DNA from: Chara braunii
Taxonomy: Eukaryota; Plantae; Charophyceae
DNA length: 64,000 nucleotides
Direction of reading: 5' to 3'
NCBI GenBank assembly: GCA_003427395.1
Contig: BFEA01000016.1
Coordinates: forward strand, 969,712 to 1,033,711
The number at the start of each line of letters is the position of its first letter. The first letter of the stretch is position 1. Below, piece after piece: positions 50,160 through 63,940 of this stretch. The translations under genes and the position numbers were made by a program. The notes beneath the pieces were generated by a model. The model made no database searches and had not been told where the DNA came from. It was given only the letters and a program-made list of their open reading frames with translations.

Positions 50160-51990
50160 TGTCGAGCACATCGGTCCCGCACGGGGACCCTCCCAGCCGC
50201 GTAACGCAGAACTTGGCACGACTTGTCGTGGAGAGCGTTTGCCGCTCTGGCCGAGTGTGCCAGCCGTACCTCTCGCGAACCCCTATGACAGGACAGGGTC
50301 ACGCGAGACCGCTTACCTCCACCTGCGGGAGCTGTCACCATCCCTTAGGTGGGCGTATCCCCGCCGAGCTACTGAACTATATGCGAAGGCTCGTCGTATG
50401 CAATTTTAGAGGTGGCCCAACCAAGGGCATTTCTCGTTTGTTGAAGCATAGGGGGTACGTGCGGTCAACGCCCAAAATCAAACCCGTACGCGAATCGACG
50501 CACTGGGGGTTGAGGTCCTAAACGCGACTCGACGTCGGTCGATTAGGACACATCCTACCTACCACGCGTTACACCATAACACTCACACACATGGAAGGAC
50601 ACAAAACAAATAACACAACCACACAACAACACAACAATACAACAACTCTCATAGTCCCTTCAGTATCCGACCCATAACCTTCTGAAGCGAGAGTCAAATA
50701 GGCATCGCGGACTGAACTTAGTGTAAAAAGTTGGGCGGACTCATGGCCTTCTCATATTGACCAGCCATGTGTGAATATGCGAGCATTCGTACTGATGGGG
50801 TACTATGTAGTACTCGTAAGCGCGCGACCCTTGATAATCTCGAGGGTCATGTTCGACACTCAAGTGTCGGCTGACAAGCGCTTTGAGGGGTTAATCTCTC
50901 GACGCTAGACAACAGCCCTAACCCTAGGGTACGTTCAGCCTGCCCAGTTACCTTCATTTTATTCTTTATCTATTTCATTTTCTTCCTTAGTTATACCTGA
51001 CTTAGTGGCTTTCCCTACCGAGGGTGCCTGGTCTGTCAGGACTCAGAAGTATAAGTTCAGTAACATATGTATCAGATTTTATACTCTGGTTAACCAGTCA
51101 ATTCATGGCTTATGGCTAAGTCGCCCTAACCCTAGGGTACACTTAGTCTTATGCCTTTGTTCCCTCGGAAGAAACATACACCTCAACTCATTCAAATAAA
51201 CATCAGGATTCTGAGCCTTCCCTACCCAGATTGCCCGTCCTCCTGTCCAGAAACTCTCAAAAGAAACAACGACTGATCCATCCTACCCGGGTAGGACCAG
51301 CCATAAAAGCCATCAACGCAGCCCAACAAACATCAATAAACATAGCGTTGGGCCCACATCCACCCGGAGGAGCCCAACCTTGGGTTGACCCGGTCAAACA
51401 CATGCAAAACACCTTTCTCCCACCTTCCCCCCATTCCTTTATCTGGATTCACTCAAGGATTATCTGAACTCTCATATATATTCGTTTATTTAACCTTTCA
51501 CAAAGCATGTTCTGACATACGTAACAAAAATAAAGAATAATAACCTGTCATAGTTATATTCAGATACTTAAAAGGAATAATGCAGTTAGGGGAAGGGAGC
51601 ATACGCGTAAGACGAGAGTTATATCTGAAGTTCCCTGCCTCCAGAACCTCGCCTGGGCTCCGGCAGAGTTCCCGCAATCGGTGGGTGGACCTCGCACAAG
51701 GTCTTGTTGCGGTCCTACGGGTTGCAATCCCGCCTGCCGCCTTCCTCTCGTAACCTCAGACTAGACTTGGAGTAAGAAGAATAGAAGGAGATAAGTCAGA
51801 CGCTCGAGATACAAGGGAGGGACAAACTCAACTCGCAGGAGAGGGCCTTGAAATCTTAATACGCCAGGGGACCCCGCAATGATAGCCAATTACGCGGTGA
51901 AGATGATCGGATCACGGTCTGAACGCGAAGTACCATCCCCCAGACGATCCTCCAAGTTGCAACAATAACCCCCTCTGCCGATCCTGACCA
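50160..51990 (-). repeat. E2 3' LTR with ~2.1 kb internal deletion (true right end may be further right)
   Basis: 50160-50911 matches 60090-60828; 50912-51990 matches ~62915-63940. Confidence 0.8.
50912..51378 (-). repeat. Hairpin array, loop type 2, remainder after deletion
   Basis: e.g. GGCTAAGT-CGCCCTAACCCTAGGGTAC-ACTTAGTC at 51114. Confidence 0.8.
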
Positions 51991-53758
51991 CCCACTTCAG
52001 CTGTGATGTTGTTCTTTCTGTCCAATCCACTACTACACAGCCTAGAAGGACCGTGTCTGAATAGAGCTTACCCCCTATGTTCTATTCGAATGCAATGCTA
52101 ACGCACCAATGTGCAACAGCAGCGTGTAGCAGCGATGCCCGATGCAACTCTTGGCAAAATACATCGTGATCAGTGAAGTACAACAGTAATTTGCAGCAAG
52201 ACTTTAGTAAGTGCCCACTAAGTGCATAGTCAAAGCACAGTGAAAAGTTGTGTTATACATCAATGCACGGTGATGCACAACAGAAACACAATACTTCCCG
52301 AGTTCGCTGGATCACTTCACTTTTGAACAAAGGCGTGCAAGAGGTGAATACATATCCTGAACAGCAAGGTGGTAAGACCCTCAATCGTGAGTTCCCCAAC
52401 AAAAGTCAGATAGTTGTCAATGTCGTCCAAAAAATAGAAAAAGTGCTAAAATTACCGATGAAAAACCGAAGCAGCGAACTCAACTGTTCATAAAGGAAAA
52501 CACTCGTCACCTACCATAGCTTCAAAGAAGGTCTTTCCCCTCAGCGACGCTCATCACCTTGACTTCAATCCCACAATCTTTCAAACTAACAGCGTTCAGC
52601 AGCCTGAGGTCCCATTTGTCAACGGAATTACCCAGATAAATCACTCCCCCACTAAGAAAGAGCTCTCAATCTGTCGGTCAAATCAGATTTCTTTATTAAC
52701 TCAGAACGGTTGTCACTATACTCCTTACCACTAGAGTCCTTCAGGGAAAGGTAACTAGCAGAGGTTTACCCCTGACTTATGTGTACCATCCTTGCGTAGG
52801 GACCATCATAATCTCCTCTACGTCGTTCCAATTCAACGGTAATCCCAAAGAACAATACTGTGGGCAACAACCCGTGATGCCATCGTGAAACTGACGGTCC
52901 CAGGTAATCTGGGATCGAAGTATTTCACTCATCTGTTCCCAGCGAAGATCGCACTCAGGTATGTGTTTCAGCAGTTTAAGGGAGTACCAACTGAGTTAGG
53001 CCCATTGGCTTCAACACCGGTCTCACTGCTGCCGAAAAATAATGGCTGGCAGCATCCCACCTACCGGTGAAAGTAAAAAATGAAGACTTAAAACTTCGTA
53101 CTGCCGTTCACTCCAGCGTGGAACACCAATCTCTCGTCATGTGAGGGACCTTGCTTTGGCAAGGAGCAACAACACCAGAAAGGAAAACAATAATATCGAA
53201 TATGGTAGCAATGCAATTGAACCCATCAAGCATCCGTATTTCGACAGGCTCAAAAACACCGAAACACATCAGCAACCAAAGCTCCAAACTTAGACAACGG
53301 CAGTCTGTGTTGTGAGCACAGCAGAGTTCATNGGCAGTAACCTGCCAAAGGAAAGACAACCATACTTGAATATACGACAGCAACATGTTCATCAACAATA
53401 GTTTGCCGCAACATACCTTCGAAACATACAGCAGTATGTTGTTCCTAGGTAGCGGCATCATCAACCATGTGAGGGATGGAGACGACGGTGCCTGNAGGCC
53501 AGGGCAATTACATGATGATCATCGCCAGGAACTCAATAACGGCGTCAACCTCCATCACAAGCACTATCCTCTTCTCGTACGAGGATGATCACGTCGGGAC
53601 GAGGGAAGATCGTTGACAATAAGGAACATGATCAAGGGCTTCACCCCGTTACTCACCAATTGAGCCAAATGATGAAAAGATGCATGGCAACTGGTACTCT
53701 GTTGCCTTCTTGCTCCATAGAAGCCTTTAGGTACATGTATGCCCTACCTTCCTCTTAT

Positions 53759-53762
<4 letters not shown>

Positions 53763-53842
<80 letters not shown>
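53763..53842. repeat. (CT)n microsatellite
   Basis: Direct reading. Confidence 0.95.
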
Positions 53843-53845
<3 letters not shown>

Positions 53846-56800
53846 ATGCATCCGGCCAACAGCGGGGTCAGGTTCATGGATCTTCGTTCCCCTACCTCGA
53901 CCAAATGCTTCTGGCCAGATTCGCTGGCCTAGTTCTTGCAGTGTTTCCCACGTACTTGGTCGTGATCACGACCGAGTTGAACTCGCAAGGACAAATATGA
54001 TACTTATGAAGAACACGCGATTGGGACGAACAAGGCTACCATGCTGAACATAACAACAACGTGCCGATGCCCTTCAAAGGAAACAATCGAAACAACGAAG
54101 ATGTGCTCCACGAAGGCACTGTAAGTAGCACAATCATGATAGCTTCATGACGGTTGGTTGGGCAACGAAGGAGAAGACCGTATAAACAGGGGAGGGGGAG
54201 CCACGGCCCCGAATACCATGAAGGCCGGTGCAAGTTATCCTACACTACTCATAATGGATCTTGAGCTAGAACGTGGCTGAATGCATTAGCACTTTGATGA
54301 ACTCCGCCTCAGGGCCTCAGGGCGCAGCTCCCACTGCTTATACCTCCCAAACCACACACCTATCGTCAATTCCGACGCTGTTATTCAATTCCCAGTGTAT
54401 CAAAACCCCTACTTCGCACCCTTCCTCGCCCGAATCCGCCAAGAAACGAGCGAGATTCACAACCTCTGTTTTCAACTTCCCTCTTTTCTCTCTTCCTCGA
54501 CACCTCCATGCCCAGTCTCCTTCCTTCTAACTCATCTCCTACACAACTAACACCAAAACTAACACTACTACTACACTCGTCCGGTCCAAGAACCCTTATC
54601 TACCACTTTCCCCCACTTGTTTTCGTTAAGAAACGAGCACGGTATAGCATTTTATTCCCGCCATAGCCCCTCATCTTTTTGTTTTCTCCTACCTTGCCTG
54701 CAATTGTATCTAGCGCGAGATCGCGCCCAGGTGCATCTCTCTTTATACCAGCCTGTCGAACGAAGCACAGGTTGCACACTGCTGTCCCTGCACGCTTCCA
54801 CGAGCGCCACCTCCTTTGGCCCATTACCCTGCTTCGGACAGTGGCTCACCATCCTCCTACTCCCACCGACATAGTCGCACTCAAAACTCACACATCTAGA
54901 CGAACGACACATACCCAGGCCATGCCCCCCCCTTCCTCGTTTCTTCTGCTGCTAGCGCAACTCCTCAGTAGCGGCCTATCCCACCGCTGTCGAATGGAGT
55001 TCAAGGCAACCATGACTACCTCAAGGGAAGCTTCAGAGGGAACCATCTACTAGAGACTTTATTAGTCTTTCGCCCCTATACCAAATCCGAGCCAGTGTCG
55101 CCTGCAGCCTCTGCTGACATCCCCTCTGGCCACGCCCTGCTCAACCACAACTCACCATCTTTCTAGTCCTAGCGGGAATGCTCACTTTGTGACCTGAAAT
55201 CTGCAATATGTGCAGATTTTGGGACAGCCAGTTGGAGGTTTTGGGCATGGTTCAGGTCACACTGCTGTGCCTCTTTTCAGGTGGGACAAAGCCCTGGTCG
55301 TCCGGAGCAATGACATTTTGGTACTCTGCTGGTCATACGGCGCCATCCACAGATGGTGCAAAAAACTTCAGGTCTTGAAGAAAATGCTAAAAAAAATGTA
55401 AAAATAAATAAATAAATAAAAATAAATAAATAAATAAAAATAAATAGGGCATTTCCCTTGCCCTGCGACTCCACAGGCTGCTGGCAAATGAGCACACAAA
55501 CGGTGCATCCGGGACCTCAACAAAATCTGTGCGACCTGTCCCGTGTCTCACAGGCCCCGACGACATGCTCCCACTCAATTCCTGCATCAGATTGCGGTTG
55601 GCAGGTGGAGGACCCGCAGGTGGTTCCCGTCACTCGGTTTCTTCTGCCTCGTTGGCTACGCACCACCAGTTGGCACATACGTTGCCTCCTCGACCCGCGT
55701 CGTGGGCCAGGTAGAAATAGAGAGACTTTGCCATCCCCCGAAGTCAGTGGTCAAGCTAGTCTGCCCTGTATCACTCAAATTTTTAACGAACGTCCCATAG
55801 GACCCAGGCCTGTATTTTTCAACAGTTTCTGTTCCAGCAGCTGTGCTAAGCCCGCTGGTCCCCGCACACAACCCCGGTACCAATACTGGCGCCGTGCCCC
55901 AGAAACGGGACCGACAAAAAAAATAATTAAAGAAAAAAAAATAAAACAAAAAAATACGAACATCGGGAACCAATGCTTCGGGGAGGGAGGCCGTCGGTGC
56001 CATTCTCAGTTCCGTCGACCGGGCCTACGGATGGGCCGACAACAAAACCAAGGGGGATAGCCCCGCCGAGCCCTCAACCCCTCGGCATCTTCAACCGCTG
56101 CAATGCTCCGTTGTCGCCGGTTGCCGCCCTCGATCCCTGTACCGTCGCTTTGAAAGTCCAATGTCATTACCAATAGTGCTAGTACCTAAGGCCGAGATGG
56201 ACCACTGCAAAATCCAATATAAATTGTTGCCGCACGACACGCGGGCCTACCAAAATACCCCAGGGCTACACCTTTGCGTACGGAGCAAGCTCACGACTGT
56301 CGACCTATGACGCCCGCCGCTCATAGGGCCTGGCTCCGTTTACAACTGTCAACCTCCCACATCTCCTGCGCGGAGGCCACCGCTTGCATTCTGTTTTCTC
56401 TTGCACGCCTCAATTACTGCCCAAAGCAACACCACTCCCGATGACGCATGTCGTATGAAGGTAAGTGTACCATGGTCACTTCAATAAAAGAAACATTTTC
56501 CTAGTTTTAATCAAAGCCAAAAATTTTGTTGGCGGGAACGCTAACTTTATAACATCAAAATAAAAATCATCACGCTCGCTTCAAAATTGCGCGCCCACAC
56601 ACACTTTGCTCTTCGTCAACCATTCAGTCAACGTGAACAAAACACAACCGCAACTCGTGCAGTGTACTCAAATTTCAAACCAAACCTATTTTCTGTCACT
56701 TGCAAAAAAACAGGGCGGATACCCTTGTAAGGGTATTCGCGCCGACAGTTTACCGGACCTTATTAAGTGACATTCTCGTCGCTTCGAATAATCAAGAGCT

Positions 56801-58719
56801 ACCAAAACATTCATAACTCCAAATGCTGACGAGAAAAGATCCAATCCGTTTGGTCAACTTGACTCCGTTTAAGGATCTTATCGAATGACCCTCGGTCACT
56901 ACTAATTACTGTCAAGGCTTCAACCTGGGTCTCCTGTGACCAGGCCTTGGACACCGGGATACTCGATCCGTACTACAGTGTCAATCTTGTTCCAAGTAGT
57001 CATTGACAATCCCCTTCCTTTGTCCTAGACATAATCTGGCTAATCGTTGGGTGTCATGTTTAGGCATCGTCCTGTATGCAGGGTCATAATTTAGGACGCG
57101 GATCCTAACCGAGACCTTTTGAAGGCACTATCGCCTTCCTCACAAAATATTCACAAAAATATATAACTTTTATCACAGATCTCTCCTGCAGTCTAGTACA
57201 GGAAGTCCAAGTCTCCATCTTGGCCCACCATAGTCTGGTTGATCGAGCCAGATCTATGGCCCACCTCGTTGTTATATTAGCGGCAGTGCCCTCGTTGGTT
57301 GCGCAACGATAAGCAAATTTCCTGATAAACACTTTATTAGGACTCTAAAAAAAACACGACAGACTCGACTCTTATCCCTCCGACATCCCGCGGGAATAAG
57401 ACTCTCTAAGGCGGTCACACCCCTCAAGCCTTATCCTTTGGTGAGTCGTGGTCTCGTTGCCAGGTTGCGCCGACCAGCGGCCCTCGCTGGGAGTTAGGTT
57501 CTACAGTTCCAGCGATGCTAAGTATAGCCCCCTAACTTGGCCTTACAAAATATGTCTCTTAGATTGACTCTATTGTGGTCGGACACTTTCTTTCAAAAAG
57601 TCATTAGAACAATCAAAGGATCATATACCGACTGCCCACGGGATTACGTGGAGGGGTAGTGCCTTTCTCAACCATTCCAACAAATTTCTCAATAATTCCA
57701 CAAGGTCGTGCCTCCCTTACTTTGATCAGAGTAGGTAAGGTCATACGTCTTTAGAGACATCTTTCAAAATGTCTTCCAGAATTCCATCATAATTGCCAGA
57801 AGTTTTCATCCATAATTCTCACAAAATTTTTGGTCTTTCCTCGTCAGGCTTTATCATTCAAACCGTTGTCCATGCCATTTCAAATCATTTAACCACCTTC
57901 CACATTTGAAGGGGACTCTCTTATAAAATCTCACAACCACCTCCCATATGGAGGGAAGTCAACCATAAAATACTCATTACTGATAGACCAACTTATGGGG
58001 TCCTCATCTCAGCTCAACAATTAATATTCGGCATGGACAAGCATCTAAGTCTCAAAAGACTCATAAATCCCTTGGGATTCTCACACATTTTCACCATACG
58101 AACTGCACTCCTTCTTCTTATACTCAGGCTATTGCCTGTCTGTAGGCAGATTGCGTGAGTATACCGAAGAGTAGACAATTTACACATTTCACATTTACAA
58201 AATACACGAGATGCATCCTGTACATCTCTCAGACAAAAAATCATCATACATCAGGATAAATCCACACACGTGAGAGTGATAATGATCGTCAGACAAAGGG
58301 GTAGTCTCAAGTCTTTATTATGTATAAAGTTGTGATATCTCACTAAAAAAAAAACAAAATAGCCCCAAAGCCACACACGTACTCAGAGTTGAACAACCTC
58401 AACTCACAGATGAGCAGGATAATCCCTACCTCAGAGTCATTTTGTCTTATCAGTTCCTTATCGGAACCTTACTGCCAAACTCTCATTCGCTCTCTAAAAT
58501 TTTATCTCTTCCAATGATCCTGATCATACAAAAAAAATAATAATAATAATATATATATTGTAATGCTATGTATTGTAATGGAGAATGAATAATTATGATA
58601 AATAATAATGATGTCATGATCAAATAATTTTTTTTTTCCAACCATGAAGGGTTTCAAATGCAACAATAATAAAAGTATTATATTATACTTCCTGAGGCTT
58701 TGACAAAAATATATTGTGT

Positions 58720-59040
58720 CGAGGAGCAGTGTAAACCTTTCTCAAAGGTATAACATCTTATTCCTTGAGCCCCGCTCATGAATCAAGCCTCAGTGCATCT
58801 GCCTCCGATTACAACACTTGCACCTTGTAGACCCTTGCCGATAAAATATACAACCTCACCATACATACTCCGGGATGATCTGTCCCTTCGAATGCAGATG
58901 AACCTACTTGACGCAAAAGTAGTTGGGGATTCACCCCCTACCTCTCTGTGGCAGGTAGTAGCCGCCTCCCCCAAAGGCCATGATCTGACACAGTTCAAAC
59001 ACTTTCCTCCTATTCGGTAGTAATATAGTCCTTTTACCAC
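58720..59040 (-). pseudogene. Accessory ORF (A-like) of E2
   Basis: Protein-level match to 10075-10400. Confidence 0.6.
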
Positions 59041-60067
59041 AAGGGATTAAATGACAACACCCCACTATGGACCAGGAACGTAGTTCTGGCGTAGGTCTCA
59101 CTACTACCTACAAGACTAGATTATGACTTCTTCAAAGCCACCTTTCAGAGAACAACAACATAGGGTTGCAACTTTCTTCAAGTTTCTTGGGGTAGATGTC
59201 ACACATTGACCATTTTCTCGTGGAATTTACTTTCCCAAGAAACTGGTCACTCCATTCACCTCCGAATCCGCATCAGACGTAGATCCTATGTAACATTTCT
59301 GACCCCTTTTCAAAGATCAACCCATGCATAAAGATTAAAAAACAAAATAGATATGAATGAATAATTCAGATAGACACAAATCCAGGGAGTTATACATAGC
59401 CTGAATGAAATCAGATAGATAGCTCATGTAGTTAGTTATAAATGAATAAGACTCAGATAAATAGCATCAAGCACATAGTCCTTATATGAGTCAACATTTA
59501 AATATGCTTACCTAAAAGAAAAAATTTGATGCAGATAGATGAATTTCATAGATACACTGAAACGTATAATCTCAAAATGATAAACTCAAATGCTTAAATA
59601 GATAGAATGTTTATGACTTTTCCTCATGAGAGTCCTTAGATAAGAAGAAAATACCTCTTTTCAAACTATTTTCTATCGCTAGCGTACTGTAATACTGCTA
59701 TGACAACTTAGGCAACTCATTGACTATGTTAAAGTACCAAAACTCCTTGCTTGGGTAACTGAATATGCAGAGTCGCGTCAAATGAACGGCGATCAGTCTA
59801 TGACATTAGATACGCATAGTATCGTCCGTATTACTTTATGGTACCTTGATCCGCAAATGTATAACTGCAGTTGCTACTACTGGGTGTCATAGTACAGAAA
59901 CGCCCCTATCTCACACCGCCTTTCAATAATGTAATCCTACCAGAACCATCAACAAACTATTCATGATTCACTTACCTAATGCCATTAACAAAATTTGTCG
60001 TCTTGCCTCAATCATCAGCCTGCACTTAACCTGGGTTCGTTCACTAAGGACCCCGATAGGCAGCCGA

Positions 60068-60087
60068 GATCCCCGGCAACGGCGCCA
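60068..60087 (-). promoter_or_regulatory. Primer-binding site complementary to the 3' end of plant tRNA-Asp(GUC)
   Basis: Minus strand TGGCGCCGTTGCCGGGGATC, 2 nt after the LTR end ..CGACA; same PBS type as Athila elements. Confidence 0.9.
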
Positions 60088-60089
60088 CC

Positions 60090-63000
60090 TGTCGAGCGCA
60101 TCGGTCCCGCACGGGGACCCTCCCGAGCGCGTCATGCAGGATTTGGCAGAACTTGTCGCGCAGAGCGTTTGCCACTCCGGCCGAGTGTGGCAGTTGTACC
60201 TCTCGCGAGCCCCTACGACAGGACAAGGTCACGCGAGGCACCGCTTACCTCCATCTGCGGGAGTTGTCACCATCCCTTAGGTGGGCGTATCCCCGCCGAG
60301 CTACTGAACCACATGCGAAGGCTCGTCGTATGCAATTGCAGAGGTGGCCCAGGCGAGAACGTTTCTCGTTCGCTGTAGCATAGGGGGTACGCGCGGTCAA
60401 CGCCCAAAATCGAACCGATACGCGAATTGACGCACTGGGGGGTTGAGGTCCCAAACGCGACTCGGCGTCGGTCGACTAGGACGCATCCTACATACCGCGT
60501 GTTACACCATAACACTCACACGCATGGAAGGACACAAAACAAATAACACAACAATACAACAACACACCTACTCCCTTCAGTATTCGACCCATAACCTTCT
60601 GAAGCGAGAGTCAGATAGGCATCGCGGACTGAACGTAGTGTAAAAAGTTGGGCGGACGCATAGCCTTCTCATATTGACCAGCCATGCGTGAATATGCGAG
60701 CATTCGCACTGATGGGGTACTATGTGGTACTCGTAATCGCGCGACCCTTGATAATCTCGAGGGTCATGTTCGACACTCAAGTGTCGGCTGACAAGCACTT
60801 TGAGGGGTTAATCTCTCGACGCTAGACAACCGCTGCGGCGGTTGGTCACCACACCCTCTTCTGCACCCTGTGGAGAGTGGGTGGTACACAGGTTCCAACC
60901 CGTGATGGCAATCGTCTCTTATGGCCCTGGAGACCAGCTCCATCATCTGGGGTCTGGAGAGAAATCAAGGGGTTTGACTTTGACGGCTGCCACGGACTAT
61001 AACGTCCAACTATAAAATTCTAAAAGCAAAAAGGATGAAAGGGGAATCTCCCTTTTCCCTCGAAGTATAATCTTTTTAACCCTTGCACACGGTCACAATA
61101 GGCCTTGCGAACACCCAACGCGTATGTATGTACATATATATATAGAAGGTTATGAATATGTGACGATCACTTCTCACAATCACAGTGAAATTCCTCTCAG
61201 CCTTATATACTTAAATGATTGTAGGCAATCAAATCCAAAGTCTGAATCACCAAACATACCTGCAATCACATCAAAGATTCAACCAAAAATCCATGCACTA
61301 CACGGGATCAACTTCAACCATTCTTTGCGCTCACACCCCTCGCTTTAGCCATACAAGCCTCACTCTTTGTGCAACTCTCAAAATAAAATACTCAACATCT
61401 TTATTAAATGACCATTCAATCAAAGTCCGGGTAAAAACACAACAAAACAAATCAAACTACATGGCCAAATCCTTTAGGTTGAGTGACAAGAGTGGATTAA
61501 AGTTGAGCCGAAAACTGACCTGTTATCAAAAGATAACAGAATAGCGATCCTTTGAAGGATCAGACTGAACGAATCGAACCTTCAAGTGAAATACAAAAAC
61601 CTGTATTACAGTACAGGCCAAAGAGAATCACTACTATGTTCATGTCAAAAGGAGAGTACTTCCCACTTCGTAACCTAGCTCCTCTACTAATCTCACTGTC
61701 AGCTCCCCTTATCAGTACCAAGTCACTGAGCATCTCTCCTACTCAGGGTGGATTTGCCAAGTTTCGCCTAACTAAAAATATTATAACTCCTCAAATTCAA
61801 CGAAATTTCGGCAGCGCTTTCCGTAGGAAAAGTGCCTTTCCAGAATTCCACGAGTCCAAAAATAACTGACTCTTTCAGATTTGTAGAAATTTCGGCAGCG
61901 CTTCCCGTAGGAACAGGAGGCTGCCAAGATTTATATAAAGCCGAAAACAGAAAGACAAAGCAAAGCTATACTTGGGACTAGCTTCTGGCACTTGCCTGAT
62001 AGTTAGGATTGAAGATAGTTTACACGATCCCCTTTCAGAAGATGGTATCGTAAGCTATCGTCAACTCTAACTTCAAGTAAGACCAGTCTTACCTTTATCC
62101 CAAACTCTCCCTCCCATCATCCATCTCATCTACCTATGGCTCCAGCACTTGACGAGCATCTAAGCAACTAACGTATCGAAAAAACGCCCCAAAGTGAGAG
62201 CGCACAAGCATGCATAAACAAACACCTCTCACAATCCCACATCAGTTTGGTCCAAGTAGTTCGTTACATCGCTCAGTTATTTTCCGTTTTAAGTCCTTCT
62301 TTCCTATGGCATACGATCAGACTCACCCTAATTAATGGGTATGCTTGACCTGCCTAAATAACAGATAGGGTACACACATCTGGACTGCCCTAACCCTAGG
62401 GTATGCGCAGCATAACACGAACTGTATACGTAATGCATATGACCAGACCGCCCTAACCCTAGGGTACGTCTGACTTCTGCCTAACTAACGACATGAAGCA
62501 TAGGACTGGGCTGCCCTTACCCTAGGGTGTGCCCAGTTTGCCTTAAACAAGGTTACATATGGCATAACATTAGACCATCCCTACCCAGGGGTAGACCTAA
62601 CTTGCCTGAACATAAGTACAAACGACAAAAAGTTGGACCACCTTAACCCTTGGGTACGTCCAACTTACACCACACTAACGACAAAAGCATATCACTAGGC
62701 CGCCCTAACCCTAGGGTACGCCTAGTCAGCCATACAACAGTTAATATGACACAAATACTTACACAAACTTTATGTTTTTCCTTCTCTTGTTAGGCAGCCG
62801 ATCGGACCTTTCCAACTAATAGAACTTTCGATCCGCCCTCATGTTTAGAAGGGAAAATAAAAACAGGTTTATACTAACTCTCTGCTCCTTGATGTTATCA
62901 TGAGCATACAACTAAACCGCCCTAACCCTAGGGTAGGTTCAACGTGCCCAGTTACCTTCATTTTATTCTTCATCTATTTCCTTTTCTTCCTTACTTTTAC

Positions 63001-63940
63001 CTGACTTACTGACTGGCTTTCCTTACCCAGGTGCCTGGTCTGTCAGAAGTATAAGTTCAATAATATATGTATGAATTTTTATACTCTGGTTGACCAGTTA
63101 ATTCATGGCTTATGGCTAAGCCGCCCTAACCCTAGGGTACGCTTAGTCTTATGCCTTTGTTCCCTCAGAGGAAACATACACCTCAACTCATTCAAATAAA
63201 CATCAGGATTCTGAGCCTTCCCTACCTAGGGTGCCCGTCCTCCTGTCCAGAAACCCTCCAAAGAAACAGCGACTGATCCATCCTACCCGGGTAGGACCAG
63301 CCATAATACGCAGCCCAACAAACATCAATAAACATAGCGTTGGGCCCACATCCACCCGGAGGAGCCCAACCTTGGGTTGACCCGGTCAAACACATGCAAA
63401 ACACCTTTCTCCCACCTTCCCCCCATTCCTTTATCTGGATTCATTCAAGGATTATCTGAACTCTCATATATATTCGTTTATTTAACCTTTCACAAAGCAT
63501 GTTCTGACATACGTAACAAAAATAAAGAATAATAACCTGTCATAGTTATATTCAGATACTTAAAAGGAATAATGCAGTTAGGGGAAGGGAGCATACGCGT
63601 AAGACGAGAGTTATACCTGAAGTTCCCTGCCTCCAGAACCCCGCCTAGGCTCCGGCAGAGTTTCCGCAATCGGTGGGTGGACCTACCACAAGGTCTTGTT
63701 GCGGTCCTACGGGTTGCAATCCCGCCTGCCACCTTCCTTTCGTAACCTCAGACAAGACTTAGAGTAAGAAGGATAGAAGGAGATAAGTTAAACGCTCGAG
63801 ATACAAGGGAGGGCCTTGAAATCTTAATACGCAAGGGGACCCCGCAATGATGGCCAATTACGCGGTGAAGATGATCAGATCACGGTCTGAACGCGAAGTA
63901 CCATCCCCCAGACGATCCTCCAAGTTGCCGATCCTGACCA
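60090..63940 (-). repeat. E2 5' LTR (right end interrupted or outside window)
   Basis: Begins TGTCGAGCG next to the PBS; colinear with 11838-15760. Confidence 0.8.
62316..63370 (-). repeat. Hairpin array, loop type 2 (~12-13 units)
   Basis: Core CGCCCTAACCCTAGGGTAC with unit-specific stems at 62380, 62443, 62505, 62570, 62632, 62694 (62-65 bp period), 62911, 63114, plus degenerate units. Confidence 0.9.

Larger units (their letters stand above)
50160..63940 (-). mobile_element. E2: LARD-like non-coding derivative of the minus-strand family (subfamily with loop type 2)
   Basis: Direct repeats 50160-51990 and 60090-63940, perfect PBS, internal 55900-59300 patchily homologous to E1 4850-10640 but lacking the gag/ORF-B segment. 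Confidence 0.8.

Noticed and set aside
50155-60833. Element with 750-bp LTRs and ACCGC TSD
   Set aside because: The right ACCGC is part of a hairpin present in other copies (17506) and repeat homology continues for kilobases beyond it. Kept only as an alternative model.
62380-63148. Interstitial telomere repeats (CCCTAACCCTA)
   Set aside because: Under two repeat units per site, always embedded in a hairpin and positionally equivalent to the non-telomeric type 1 loop. Binding by telobox-type proteins is not excluded.
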